Assembly: GCA_037447605.1 (NCBI GenBank)
Contig: CM074815.1
Location: 1,674,001 to 1,738,000, forward strand
Direction of reading: 5' to 3'
Length of the DNA: 64,000 nucleotides
Source of the DNA: Zygnema circumcarinatum SAG 698-1b
Taxonomy: Eukaryota; Plantae; Zygnematophyceae
The position numbers were made by a program, and so were the translations under genes. Below, piece by piece: positions 46,201-58,228 of this stretch (position 1 is its first letter; each line of letters starts with the position of its first letter). The notes beneath the pieces were generated by a model. The model ran no database searches and had not been told where the DNA came from. It saw only the letters and a list, made by a program, of their open reading frames with translations.

Positions 46201-49200
46201 AAGGAACTTTTGCAGACAGAGCACTGAGATAAAGGGAATAAAAGAACGATAAATATTCTTAGAATTCTCTTGGCTAGGCAAATAGCAATAGAGACCTTCC
46301 GCCCGAACAAAAGCACCATTCGACAGCTAACCAAACTAAACATCTATAGAATAGAACAATCCAAAGTAGAAGCTGGACATGGGGACACCTGAGATTCAAG
46401 AAATCCTTAGTCAGCAGAGTGCAACATAACCCTAAAAGATACTTTCTTCATTGAACAATACCAGATATTACTACTGCTTTGCTAAAGTACAAGGCACAAT
46501 GCAAAAGTACAAAATCTACAATCCAATTGTGTTCAATGTAAAAGCAGTGGGGTCGTTAGATAGTGCCAACTACAGGAGTAACCGGACTGTACCTGCTCTC
46601 CACTGCCTTCAAGAAAAGGCATTAAGACAGTAATGGCTCCTCCTAGACGCATGCGATCCCTCACATCTTTCGCCCAAATTGGAGATGCAAGGCCAAGCAA
46701 AGCTCGCAATAGATGCTCTTGAATGATTGATCCTGCCAAGTTAAGAAGCGACAACAACTGGTAGATCGTTTCCTCTGACCCTAAAATAGTCCCTTCCGTC
46801 TCCAACGGGATGCCCGTCTGTATTCCCGCCAAAGCCAAATTTGCCAGCGTTGCTGCTGCTCCCTCTTTGAGAGACATCACGACTGATGTGACAGAGAATA
46901 GCAGCTGCAGGAGAGGAGGAATGATGCCTGCGCTTATGAGAGCAGCGCGATTAGCCGGCAAGGAGGAAAGGTTTTGGAGAGCGCCCAAAGCAGCTGCCTT
47001 CGCCTCAAGTTTGCCGGCAGCGATCATAGCAACAAGGGGAGGAATTGCATCTTCTTGGGCTAAAGCAGCTTTGCTTTGATCGGTCAATGCCATGCGGGAG
47101 AGGGCACTAGCCATCACAATGCGGGCCATTTCTGAGCCTGCATTTGCAACACCCTACCCGACCCTAATGTTGGTCTTTGAAAGGAGTGATAGAAGAAGAA
47201 GGGAATTAGCTTGCTGCGTGAGAGTGAGTAAGCCCACGTTCGCTCGCCATGCTGCCCTCTGTACATAGTACTTAAATACCCTGAACCCAAAAGCAGCTAG
47301 ACTGAAGCTAATGTCCTGCTTTTTATTAAAGACGGGCTTATGAAGGCTGTACCGGAGATAAGACGCTGTGCCAACGGCTTAAAATGATTGGCCTCTGCCA
47401 TCTGAACCACATTCTGGTCATTGCTTGCGAGCTGCTCCAACACAGCCCGTGCATCTCTTGCCGCATTTGCGTTGTCAGAGTTGAGCATAGTGACCAGAAG
47501 CAGAATGCTGCCCTGAGCCCTCCCAATCTCCTCACAGACTGCAGGGCTCTTAGAAAGCTCCAATAGCAGGGCCACTCCCTGCCTGCTCTCTCCCACATCC
47601 CGGGCAAGTGACCGTACTGCCAAAGGAATTGCGCCTGCCTCTGCAATTGCCTCCTGCATACCATCTCCACTCCAAGCATACACCTTTCAAGTAATGCCTA
47701 CAGAAATATGCCTGCAGCGCACTAACAATAGAGATCCCTGGTTGCAAATTTGAGCTTGGCTGCTGTTGTCCCACTTATGTATGACTTCGGTAGAGCAAGA
47801 AGGGGCACACTAGCATAGTCATTTGACGACTTTAACATATGAGGTGGGGTGCGAAGAAAGAAGCATGAACTGAACCACAGCCTCGTACGACTTCCTTTCG
47901 TCTCAGCAAAGGAGAAAAGTAAAAAATGGGAAGATACTAAAACAGCTTTCAAAGCAAGGGGAAGTCCATGAACGGCTAAAACAAGCAGTCTTTGCAGCTA
48001 GAGGGAGAAAAAATGATGCCCAGGAGAAGTGTCCCAAAGAGATTTAGTGCACCTTGTTTTCGTCGTTATTTGTAGCCAGCTGAGCAAGTGCAGCAAGTGT
48101 CTTTCGTCGCAAATTTCGACTAGAAGATTTGAGTACTTCCACTATGTCAGGAATCAAACCCTCTGCATTAATCCAAAAGCGGTTGAGTGAGCGCTCATCA
48201 CATAGCTTAAAAATTTCCAACAGTCCTGCTTCCACCTCCTCCTCTTTGCCTGACGCAAGCTTTGGTCGAGTGGCTTGAATAGCAATCACAGTGTTACGCT
48301 TCCGCCATTCGTCTATAGCTTCTCTCAGTGCTGTATTCGGCCTTAACTCGAACGATTGCAGCTCGTTTTTAGTCACTGGACAAATTCGGTTTCCAGCTAA
48401 AACATCCGCACCGCCCACACCAGAGCAGAGTCAGCAAGCTTCCAGTCAAAATTCCACTTTTGTGAAGAACATATATATATGTGCAGATAGTAGTTTGCTA
48501 AGCTGTTGCGAGCATTCTCCACAGAAAGAAACTTTTGGTAGAACAAGAAAGGCCGGTATTCTGTCCCATGATGCAGCTTGCCCTTCAGGTAAACTGTGGG
48601 AAAATCTACACCCTAATGTGCTTTGGCTGTTTAACAGCATTTCGTTTACAGTGATGCCAGACAAACAGCTCTAAACCACAGAATTGAGCTTGTCACTGAA
48701 ACTAGCCGGCAAGTGGCACCAGTTGGCAATTTTGTCTGCATACCGTCTCTACATGCTTTTCCCGATAAGCGGCTTTTAGGTGGAAGAGCTGCGAGCTACC
48801 TGCAAACCACTCCTGAATGGCGGAGCGTTCAAAACACTCCCCGGTTTCCAGCAGAACAGGATCCTCCATCACTTTGTTCGTGAGTGGGCAAATGTATGCC
48901 TGAGGGGGAAGAAGGGCAGTGCCACTGGCCACACTTTCACGCCTCCGTTGATACTCCCGATCCTTCTCTTTGACAGCGGCGCCTCGTGCATCTCCTTCGG
49001 CGGTTTCCAGGAGTGAAATGACATATTCCAAGTACTGCACCGCATCTGTTTCACAACCTGGCTGGACTGCATCCCGAGCTTTTCGCAGCTCTGCAATGTC
49101 AGGTTGGAGTTCTGATGCATCTAGGGATGCCCCTGAGAGCTGCGAAAGCTGTTGAAGAAGACTATTGCTTGCTGCGGCGTCATCCCGCTGCTCACGCATG

Positions 49201-49785
49201 ACCTGCTCCAGTCTGTGTACCATAGCGGCCTCTGCAGGGTCAGGGCCGAGCTCTGCCTGCTGCATCTGTAACCCTAACTGCGCTGCATTAAGGACCCCCT
49301 GAGCAGTGCTCAGCTGCTGCCCCAAAGCATGCGCCACATCCTCTATCTGCTGACCCACGCTTCGTCCAGTCACCACCAGAACCAGTCTGCTTTTGCTGCT
49401 CGCATCATTCACCAGCTGCAACGCTCTTTTCAGCTGTGCCCCGGCAACAACCCTCCAACTACTACATGAGCCATCGAAAACCATCGGCGTGCCTCCACTA
49501 CTCTACTTTGCAATCCAAATTATCAGTTTCCCATCTCAAGTCAGGGTTTTCTGAGTACAAGAAAAAAAAAATCAGCCTCACCTGCACATGAAGGCCCTCC
49601 AGCGTCGCCAGATGCTCGTCGCCCTCCTGATACGCCATCAGCTGTACTATGGGCTGCATGGCATCGAGATATTGCGCAAGCTGCTGGAAGCTCTCCCTCG
49701 CTCCCTTCATTCTCCTTGCAGCGCTGCTCATCTCGAAAGCTAATGCTGCCAGCTGGCCTGCAAGTAGGGCACTTGCAGCAGCCAT
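43263..49785 (-). CDS. PUB44: U-box/ARM-repeat E3 ubiquitin ligase, PUB43/44 (SAUL1)-like (about 997 aa, 8 exons)
   Basis: Exons 49785-49582, 49433-48800, 48396-48053, 47653-47353, 47137-46593, 45578-45354, 44272-44154, 43884-43263. U-box PPQAYICPLTNKVMEDPV..FERSAIQEWF..CPVT..LRPNTALREAIDEW; ARM repeats; VVQMAEANHFKPL; C-terminus LLQNQSSYF. Exact orthology to PUB44 not tested. Confidence 0.93.
44448..45336. repeat. 52-bp tandem minisatellite (about 17 copies) in intron 6 of the U-box gene
   Basis: Unit gacccactttccattcgacccaacttctcatacgagatgataagagatgact starts at 44448, 44500, 44552, 44604, 44656, 44708 (33-bp truncated), 44741, 44793 (+26-bp partial), then 44871 to 45287 at 52-bp steps. 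Confidence 0.98.
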
Positions 49786-50149
49786 GGCTGCAAGCCCCCG
49801 TTCCCTCCTGCTTTTCCAAAACACCAAGCCATTCGCAAAAGTGAGAGATCAATTATAGACATATTCACATCTTCGTGTCCTTAGCGCTCCCTGCTGTTAA
49901 CCCTAACCGCCCACCTTCAGTGGAGGCTTCACTAAAACAGAGCCCTATCTCAGATCCGCAACGCAACCGACTGCACTGCAAACCCGAGCCGCAAATCAAA
50001 CCAAGACAAACCCGTCCCTCCCTTAAAACCCATCATCTTCATATGCTTTAGGGTTTACCTTTCCCTTCAAACCTGGCTCCTCTTTCTGTGCGCCCAAACG
50101 CAGCCAAACTCCCTTCTCCGAGCTTTATACCCTCCCCCTACCGTCTGCC

Positions 50150-50790
50150 CGCCACGTGTCAGGCTATCATGCAGCGAGGACCGCCTCCCCTCTTCTCCCC
50201 TTTTCTCCCGCCATGGCTTCCCCTGCTCTCTCAAGACCACGTGGCGCCCAGAAGCGCCACGCCACGTGGCGGCGCCCCATTTGCCCAATGGCGGGCAGTT
50301 GCCCGGTTTGACTCCGCACATGCGGCTGGTCGTCCCGCCGTTCCCGCGCCTTCGGAGGGCCGGGTACACTAACCGGACTGCCAGTACGCCCCTCCAGTGG
50401 ACGCTTTTGGACGCTCTACGGACGCCCGGAAGCTCGCTGGGGGACGGTCGTTTCGAATACCGTGTTTGGCCGACTTTTAATGACGGCCGTTGGGCGGGCG
50501 GCGCAGCCGCGCAGGACCCGCCCGTCCCTCGTACGAACGTACGGACGAACGGACGCGGGCGGAATACCAGGGGACGACAGGAGGGCCCACATTTGTAGAT
50601 ATTTCCGCCTTGGGCAGCTTGGATCCGCGCTCCAGAGGGCCGCCGGAAAAACAATTTAACCTCCCGAAAAGGGTGGCTGCCGGAACGGCGGTTGACAAGG
50701 GCGGCAGACCGTACGGACGGTGGACCGTATGAAACGTACGGATATTCGGGCAGTTGGGGTCACTTTGGGTGTACGAACGACGTACGGTTT
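50150..50790. promoter_or_regulatory. GC island upstream of the U-box gene with GTAC/GTACGGAC sites and G-boxes
   Basis: 8 GTAC in 50364-50785, GTACGGAC at 50539 and 50711, CACGTG near 50154, 50239, 50263; telo-box tttagggttta at 50047. Confidence 0.55.
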
Positions 50791-50896
50791 AAGGAGCTTG
50801 GCGGGGTTCTATGAGGCGTTGTTCCGTTGTGGGTGACGGTAAGCGTGGAACCTAGAAACCACTAAATACCTAGGCGGAAGGGGCACAGCGTGACGG

Positions 50897-51190
50897 ATGT
50901 CACGGGGACAGAGGCACGATGGAAGTAGCTTGGAAGTGACCTTTGCAGATGAGCTGGGGGCCGGGGGCGGTGACCGGGGGACCGGGGGCGGTGACTTGGG
51001 GACCGGGCCTGAGGGCCAGGACGTTGCAGTAGGTGGCCCGGGGGCGGGTCGCAGAGGGGGGGATCTGGGGCGGGTCCCCCAGTGGAGGCAGAAAGGGGAG
51101 CCTGGAGTATTCAACAGAGGAGGGGTGGGATACATGCGTGCATGCTGCTGCGTGCTTGCTGGCTTTGCATATGGACCAGAATGTGTTTGA
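50897..51190 (+). CDS. Possible first exon of an orphan Gly-rich protein
   Basis: ATG-initiated ORF MSRGQRHDGSSLEVTFADELGAGGG... lies 1112 bp from the U-box ATG, matching the spacing of the other divergent pairs; no homology recognised and downstream exons not resolved. Confidence 0.25.
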   Translation: MSRGQRHDGSSLEVTFADELGAGGGDRGTGGGDLGTGPEGQDVAVGGPGAGRRGGDLGRVPQWRQKGEPGVFNRGGVGYMRACCCVLAGFAYGPECV

Positions 51191-52534
51191 AAAAAGACGT
51201 CTCTGGGCTGTCTGCGCTGTACAGAATGACTGGCAAATAGGTGGATGATTGAGGCAGCGCTGCTTCAGAGGTAGTAATGCAAATGGATGCCCACCGCGCG
51301 GGGGTAAAGCTGGCAGTGAGCGAGCGCTGGTCACACTCAGTCAGTCAGTCGCTGCTAGTGGCTGCTTGCGTCGCTATGACGGGTCCATTCGTGACGCATT
51401 CAGGTGCATGGCCGGACACTGGGCTGTGGCTGCAAGTGGGCATTAAGTGTATTGGAACTGGGCGTGAACATCAGGCAGCAACCAGCTTAATGTCCAGGGG
51501 CTGTCTGCATCAGGCTCAACAAATTTACACAGCCATGCCGTGGTTGCATCTGAGAGCAAACAATCAATGGTCGTTTGGTACCATTGATACCTGTACCTGT
51601 CCGCCGTTAAGAAGTAAGACTTAGCATGTTGCCATACTGAGTTTGTTTTTGAAAGTAGTAAGCCTTATGTCGCGTATACTACTAACTTCTCGGGCTTTCG
51701 AGTTTCAAATTATATGATATAACTTCAGCAAAGTTCAGAGCAAACGCAAGCATGCAGATAGTCAGGCCTAGTGTTGGACTGCAAAATCCCTCACCCAGAC
51801 CTGCACGCAGGAAAAGGCAGGTCATCTATGCGTTTCGCTCAAGTAGGCAAGGTCGTAAGAAACAGGGAGAAGGGGACATGGTCAAAAAAGCAAAATGTCA
51901 CGCCCTTATACAATACAGAGAGGCAGAAAACTCCAGTTTTCTCATGCCAAGGCTCCTGAGACGCATTGACTTGGAACTCGGTCAGACGCAAGCGACTATG
52001 CAAGTAATACCATCGGTGAACCTCATAGCCTTTCATTAGTTATTATTTGAAAAGCAAACCTCTCAATACAGCACGCCTACAGAACAGAGAAAGAGTACAG
52101 ACCATTCTATTTGGAGACAGTGCGCCAGACTACCGCACGCCATGAAACCATTTCCTTCCTCCCACAAGGGCAGCTGTCGCAATACCTCACTGCCGAGATA
52201 GCGAACAAAAAGCTCTATTGAGAGACGTCCGGGCACTGAGGACACAGACGGCTCCTTCAGCTGCATAATCTATACAATGCGGTGCATGGTGCTTAAGGCA
52301 CTGCATGCATCAGGCCACGTCACCTGCTGCTTTGTATAAAGGGATCCGGCCAGAACAAAAGGCGGGCTTTTACGAGCCCATGGAACCCTAATGGGCAATG
52401 TGGGGACACCTTATAGGACCTAACCTTAGCAATTCGAACGGCTGGTTCGGTCGACCAGGGACTACAAATCCATCTCCCTCCCTGCCTTCCACTGCCTTGT
52501 GCTGTGAACATTGGCCTTTCTTTCCAAACAACTA

Positions 52535-55500
52535 TCAACGTCGGTTGGGACGCGGCTTATAGCGAAACTCTGCCAACAGAGCGATATGATCGGAGGACCA
52601 TTCTGGTGAAGGTAGGGCTGTGTCCTTCCGAAGACTTTCCTCATCCAGTAGTTCCAAAAGCGCTTCAACAGACAGAGAATCAGCTGTAGCCACAGAAAAC
52701 GAGAAGTGGAAGTGGCAGATGAATAGAGACTCACAAAAGAAGTTCCAACTTGATTATAAGATGAGCAATACAATCCCATTCGAGCAATATGGCAACACGT
52801 GTGTAGACATGTGCGGGACTGCAACGCAATCTATCTGCCAAAATAACACAAGGTTGATCCACGGAGGGAGGAAACCAGATGTACCTGTATAGAATATGTA
52901 ATCCAAAGTTCCAAGAAAATCCCGAGTGCAATTGGTAAACAGGGGTTCGCTGCTGGTGGCATCCATACGCCGCCTTTGACGCTCTGCAGCGGGCCCTGAG
53001 GCTGAATTCAAGCGGTTCAGAGAAGCATAGGCACTAACCTGCGCATGCAACACCACCACAAGAAAACTCCTTTACTTTCCCAAATTTCATGCCCCGTTAA
53101 TATCTTCAGGCATTGATAGTAACGTGATGTTTTCCTTGCTATCCATCAAACATATGATTGCCCGAAGGTGAAAGGACAACAGGTCAATGTATTTTCACTT
53201 AAAATTCTTTCAAAAGGGTATCAAAGGATATCAGTAGAGAACCTAATTCCGATTAAGGCATACGAAATGGATGCTTACTTCTCTTTATGGCATTTACCCT
53301 TCATTCCTTGAATGCATCCTCACAATTTCTGCCCTGTATGCTCTAGTTACATTTGAATACAGCGTACGTAAAATTCACCCCCCTCGCTGTATTCAGCGAC
53401 GGAAACTCAAAACAGTCGTTCATGTTAAGTAGAATACACCAAAAACACGAATCAAATGCCACCAAATCACGAGATTATGCTAATGAATTGGATTACCAGA
53501 ACATAAAGTGGAGGAGATGGAGGACCCACCAAGGGCAACTGATGGCAGAGCTTACTGAAGGGGCGTAGAATCCCCAACGGGTCAGTGGCCAACTCCGGGT
53601 GAGCCGGATCAACCCGTCCGGTCGCTAACAAGTTGTGCGGCGCACTGCAGCCCTCTAACTACACACCTTTAGAAAGAAAAATTTGGCAGTACAGGAAAAT
53701 CTCGAGACTATACTGGACATATCCAACACCGAGAGTTACATTCAAGCTGTCCACATAGGGAATTATGCATAGCTCCAAACTAGTCAGTGACTTTTTCAGA
53801 GAAGATGATCGGCCCCCACCAGCTCACCTGCCTGGCACACTGTTGAAATCTCCTGCAACAAGCATAGGAATATCGGCACTTGCGGCTATCTTCTCCAAAC
53901 CCTTCAACAGTGTGTGCACTTGCCAAAGCTTCACATCCTTCAGCTCTGTATTGGCGTGAATATGGGTATTAGCCTGCAGTTTGCCACCAGAAAACATGAG
54001 AGCCCAGAAAATATCTCAAAGGAACATACCTCACTGCTTTCTTTTATTCTGATTGTACAATGGGCGAAGTAATATCCGGGAACTCACTACACATAACAGC
54101 TGCCGTTTTCCATTCCCGTTGGGGTCCGGATCAGCTGCATCGCGTGCTTCCAGCACCACAATTAGTGCTACGTTGTCCTGTTGAGCAGAGCGAAGGTCAG
54201 TGTCAGCCACCATGGGGATAAAAAAGGGCATTTGGCAGTATTTCAGTTCACATTTTCATCATCCATCACTGCTTTAACCAGTGGCAATAGAAAAAACAAC
54301 AGGATTGAAGAATGGCACTCTCCGTTTTTCTGCTTCTCGCAGATAAGGAAGAAGTACTAATATAGCTGCTACTCCTATTTAGCTGGCTACTTCGTTGTCC
54401 TAGATACAAGCGTAACTCTCTGAGCACTTAACGAAGGAATGCACACATTGGTCAAGACTGTCAGATGGTGAACTCTTAAACTTGCACACAGGAAAGTGGC
54501 ATACCTTGAGCAGACGGTTAAGAGCTGCCTTCTTTGACGTGGCCGGCACAAGTGCCTCTGAGAGGGAAAGAGCTGCTTTGTTGAACTCCACCTGGTGGAG
54601 CAAAGCAGAGCTGTCCGCTACATTACTTTGCGAACAGATGATGTGGATGCGCAGAAAATAAATTAGAACGATAACTCTTAGTTTGAACTGTGAATGCCTC
54701 GACCAAGTTTACGCTTGAACGTAAATACATACCTCATACTTCTTCACCAAAGAAAAGCGATCCCGACGGAAGAATGTTGCACATCCATCAATGGCATAAG
54801 CAGTTCCCGTGTACACCTGGGAAAGACCGATCACATTTCACACAATGAGAAGACCGTGGTCGTGAACTTTGAACAAGTGGCGTACTTTCAGGAAGCACAC
54901 GCCAAAGAGTCAATGGACATGACTCAAGTAATTGATGATATCTTTGAGAGGAACACTCCCGATTGTATGTAAGCCGATGAACAGGCAGCATCTACTTGAA
55001 ACGAAATTATATGGGGTCCCATCATCCCATTAAATACCAACCTCTGCAGTCTTCTTCTTGTACACTGCAGCATATCCATGCTTCTCCAACTCTGGCGCAA
55101 AAAACTCCTCGAAGTGGTCACTTTGTACCTGTAGTGACCAGAATGCCATCATCAGTTCATTTCAATAGGCAAGCACTAATGACTACTCGTTAAGACTGCT
55201 TCGACTTTTCAGGTCATCTCTCCTACTCGTGTAATGGATACCACATTAAACACAGACCATAAACCTTAGTAAGGTCTCGCCTTTTTAAACCGAGCGAGAT
55301 TGTATGTTGTACGAAGTCAACAAATTCCGCAGAAGAAGAAACACGGAATGAACAAGGCTCATACTACGAAAAAATTGGCTATCAGCCACCAAATACTACA
55401 AATTAGAAAGGACAGTGAAGCCTAGAAATACAGGCATGTAGCATCTACATTGAGCAGTATGTACCTCTTGGAGGCATAATATATCTGCTCGATAGCCGAC

Positions 55501-57336
55501 CAACTCCCGCAACAGGTTTTGACGCCGATAGGCCCAAGAAAGCGCCCATGGTGGGCAGTAGGCATACATCTCACTTGTAGCATACAAGTCTGCCAGAACA
55601 TTATAGGACAGCACTGTAAAAGTCCCTCCAGAAGCTCTGTCTGCTTCTACAGCATTGCCGTCTGAAGGTCCAAAAGGAATAAGTCGTCTTGGAGTAGGAG
55701 AAGGAGCTGGAATGACCCGAGAAGTAAGTAAAGTGCTAGGTGGTGCGACTGCATTCCCTGTAGAGGAGTCTATTGGGGTACATTCCAGCTTCAAAACATG
55801 GCCCACGTCATCTGCAGTTGGGGTATATGTCTTGCCCCGCCCAACCTCATACCAGGATTCCCCTATGGACTGTGGCTGGCCATCTGCTCCATTAGGCGCC
55901 CTATTGGCAATATACCCAGACCCGCCGTTGCTCAGACCACTGAGAGAATTGGCCCCGCTCCCCTGCAACAGACCTCCTGTAGTGCTTCCTGCTCCACTAC
56001 CAAATCTACCAAAGAGTTCGTCATCCTCCCCTCCAACTTCCCTCCCACCATTTGCCATGCCGCGTGTATGCATAGCCTTGTGATGTCGCCATGCAGCAGC
56101 AAAGCATTGTGGAGAGCAGTGGAAGCTTTTGGCAGGTGGCAGCTTTGCCTTGACACAACCCAGACACTGCAAAGTGGCTGGCTCGGTGGCATGAACACTG
56201 CAGACAGCAGCCCGCTTATCATTCTGGACTCGAAACCTGTACATCCAACAGTAGCAATCAGCAGCTTGCAACGTATTCAAGTGAAAGACAGACTTATAAA
56301 TAAAGCCAACTTTCATAAACTGTCGTAGGCTTAAACCTAATGAGACTAGCATTACACTACTACTACTAGCAGTACTCCCAAGATATCCCCTGGCAGCTGT
56401 TACTTCCAGTAATATTCCACATACCAAATAACATCTAAAGGCATGACAAGGGGCATGAGCGTCTAAATCAACGATGACAGAACAGAGCTGGCCTAAAAAC
56501 CCTAAAAACAGTAAAAAAAAGACATAAGTCACAAGATGAATGAAAGAAATGAGCTCCTCTCCAGCCTTCCTATCAGACATGCAGGAACCTAGGCATCTAC
56601 GAATTGTTTATTCTCACCTAGCGATTCGATACTTAACCTGATCAACTTTAGGCCTAATGCAGAATGATGAACCGAGAAGCTTACACACAATAAAGCACGA
56701 GCAAACCTCACTTTCTGCTATTATACCCAGCTTCTGGTATACTTTGCAAAGTCAGCCTCAACTATTTCCAAGGCCGAGTAAGTGAATTGGAAATCACAGG
56801 CACATACAGTTTCAGAATCAAGAGACAGCTCGCCTTTGGACTCAAACAATCTCACTAAAGTTCCTCAGGAAGTGTAATAAAAGTCACCAACAGAATCGTC
56901 AAAGGGCAATCGACCTTGTTCCAGCTTCGAATAACACAGTCTTCACTCCCTCAAGCAAAACCCAAAGCTGACTCGTTTCTGACAATCAAATACACTCAAA
57001 GACATGCCATTACGGCACACAATGCCATAGGCATAAATTACTGCTGCAGCATAATCCTGAGTCGAGCTTCACACAAGTTGCAAGGTTATCATTGGCACCA
57101 ACGAGCAGTGCCACATAGAGAACCTCGCATGCAATTGTCATACAAAGCCGCTTTTAGGGTTTGAATGAGGGACTGCACCATCGGCAGCGTAGGTAGTATC
57201 CATCTATAGGATTGGTCTCTGGGATGTCATCAGTCGTGATGGTCGAGTCCGGCTTGCGCAGGAGCACATAGGGGGACAGCTCGCAGCCGGCGATGGGGAT
57301 GTCCGACGGCAGATGCACACGCAGCACGCCGAGCAT
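52535..57336 (-). CDS. CCR4: CCR4 deadenylase (plant CCR4a/b type, EEP nuclease; about 613 aa, 10 exons)
   Basis: Exons 57336-57179, 56236-55465, 55128-55042, 54816-54733, 54591-54505, 54177-54088, 53973-53828, 53644-53530, 53038-52885, 52683-52535. MLGVLRVHLPSDIPIAGCELSPYV, SYNVLADLYA, ILCLQEVQSDHF, AGDFNS, TLDYIFY, WSSDHIALLAEF. Confidence 0.96.
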
Positions 57337-57934
57337 GTCTGTCACAATGGCAGGCCTTCGCGGCCCAGCCTGCAGGAGCCCTCAATCCCTAAACCACCCC
57401 CCTCAGGAGGATCCTCCATCAGCATCCGCCAGCGCCACCTCTCCCACCGCGTCTTGCCGTCGTCTCTGATTTTCCTCTGTCTCCTGTCTTCCTCGGATGA
57501 TGTCGCTGCCCCTGCAGCTGCTTCTTTCTGCTCCACCCTGCTCCCTGCTTGTCCTGTACAGCAACCCTGTATGCTCTGCGCTACCGCAACCTAGTAATCT
57601 CCACAAGACAAGAGCTCCGCGACACACACACACGAGCGGTGCAGGAGAGAGCAGCAGCAAAAGTGACAAAGATTGGTCCTTTGCCTTTCGTTCAAAAGCT
57701 TCGAACCAAGCTTCGAGCGAAGGCAATTCGAAATGCAGTATTTCAATTAGGGACGCTAGAACCATCGCCTGCGGACAGAGAAGACGCCTACGTATCCTTT
57801 CCAAGGACGCTTTCTCTGTCTGCATGAGGACCGAATGAGATTAGAGACAGTGGGTACTTTTTGCGGACGGATGGTAAAGGCCCCCGTGGGACATCCTGGG
57901 GACGATATCCGGTGACTCAGGGGACGAGATTTGG

Positions 57935-57948
57935 GTACGGTACCGTAC
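57935..57948. promoter_or_regulatory. Perfect 14-bp palindrome GTACGGTACCGTAC in the CCR4/PEX14 divergent promoter
   Basis: Self-complementary, with three GTAC cores at 5-bp spacing. Confidence 0.55.
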
Positions 57949-58228
57949 ACTGTGGAGGCGCTCATGCTGTGCAGGCTCTGGTATCTGCAGCGCTTTTTCC
58001 TACAGCTGGTGGAAATTCAAGGTGAGGAAGTGTATCGTCTTACTGCAGTTGCTGTTCTCCTTACGATTGCTGGAGATGCAGGATTATGGAAAAAGAAGTT
58101 GTAAAAAAATGTTGTGCTGACTGAAAGGCAGCTTTGAATGGCTGATAGCAGGGGTCGAGGACGTGGGTCTCTCTACCTTTGCAGGTTAGTTCCATGAGTG
58201 GAGTCAGTCGGAATTAGGGTTCGGCGCC

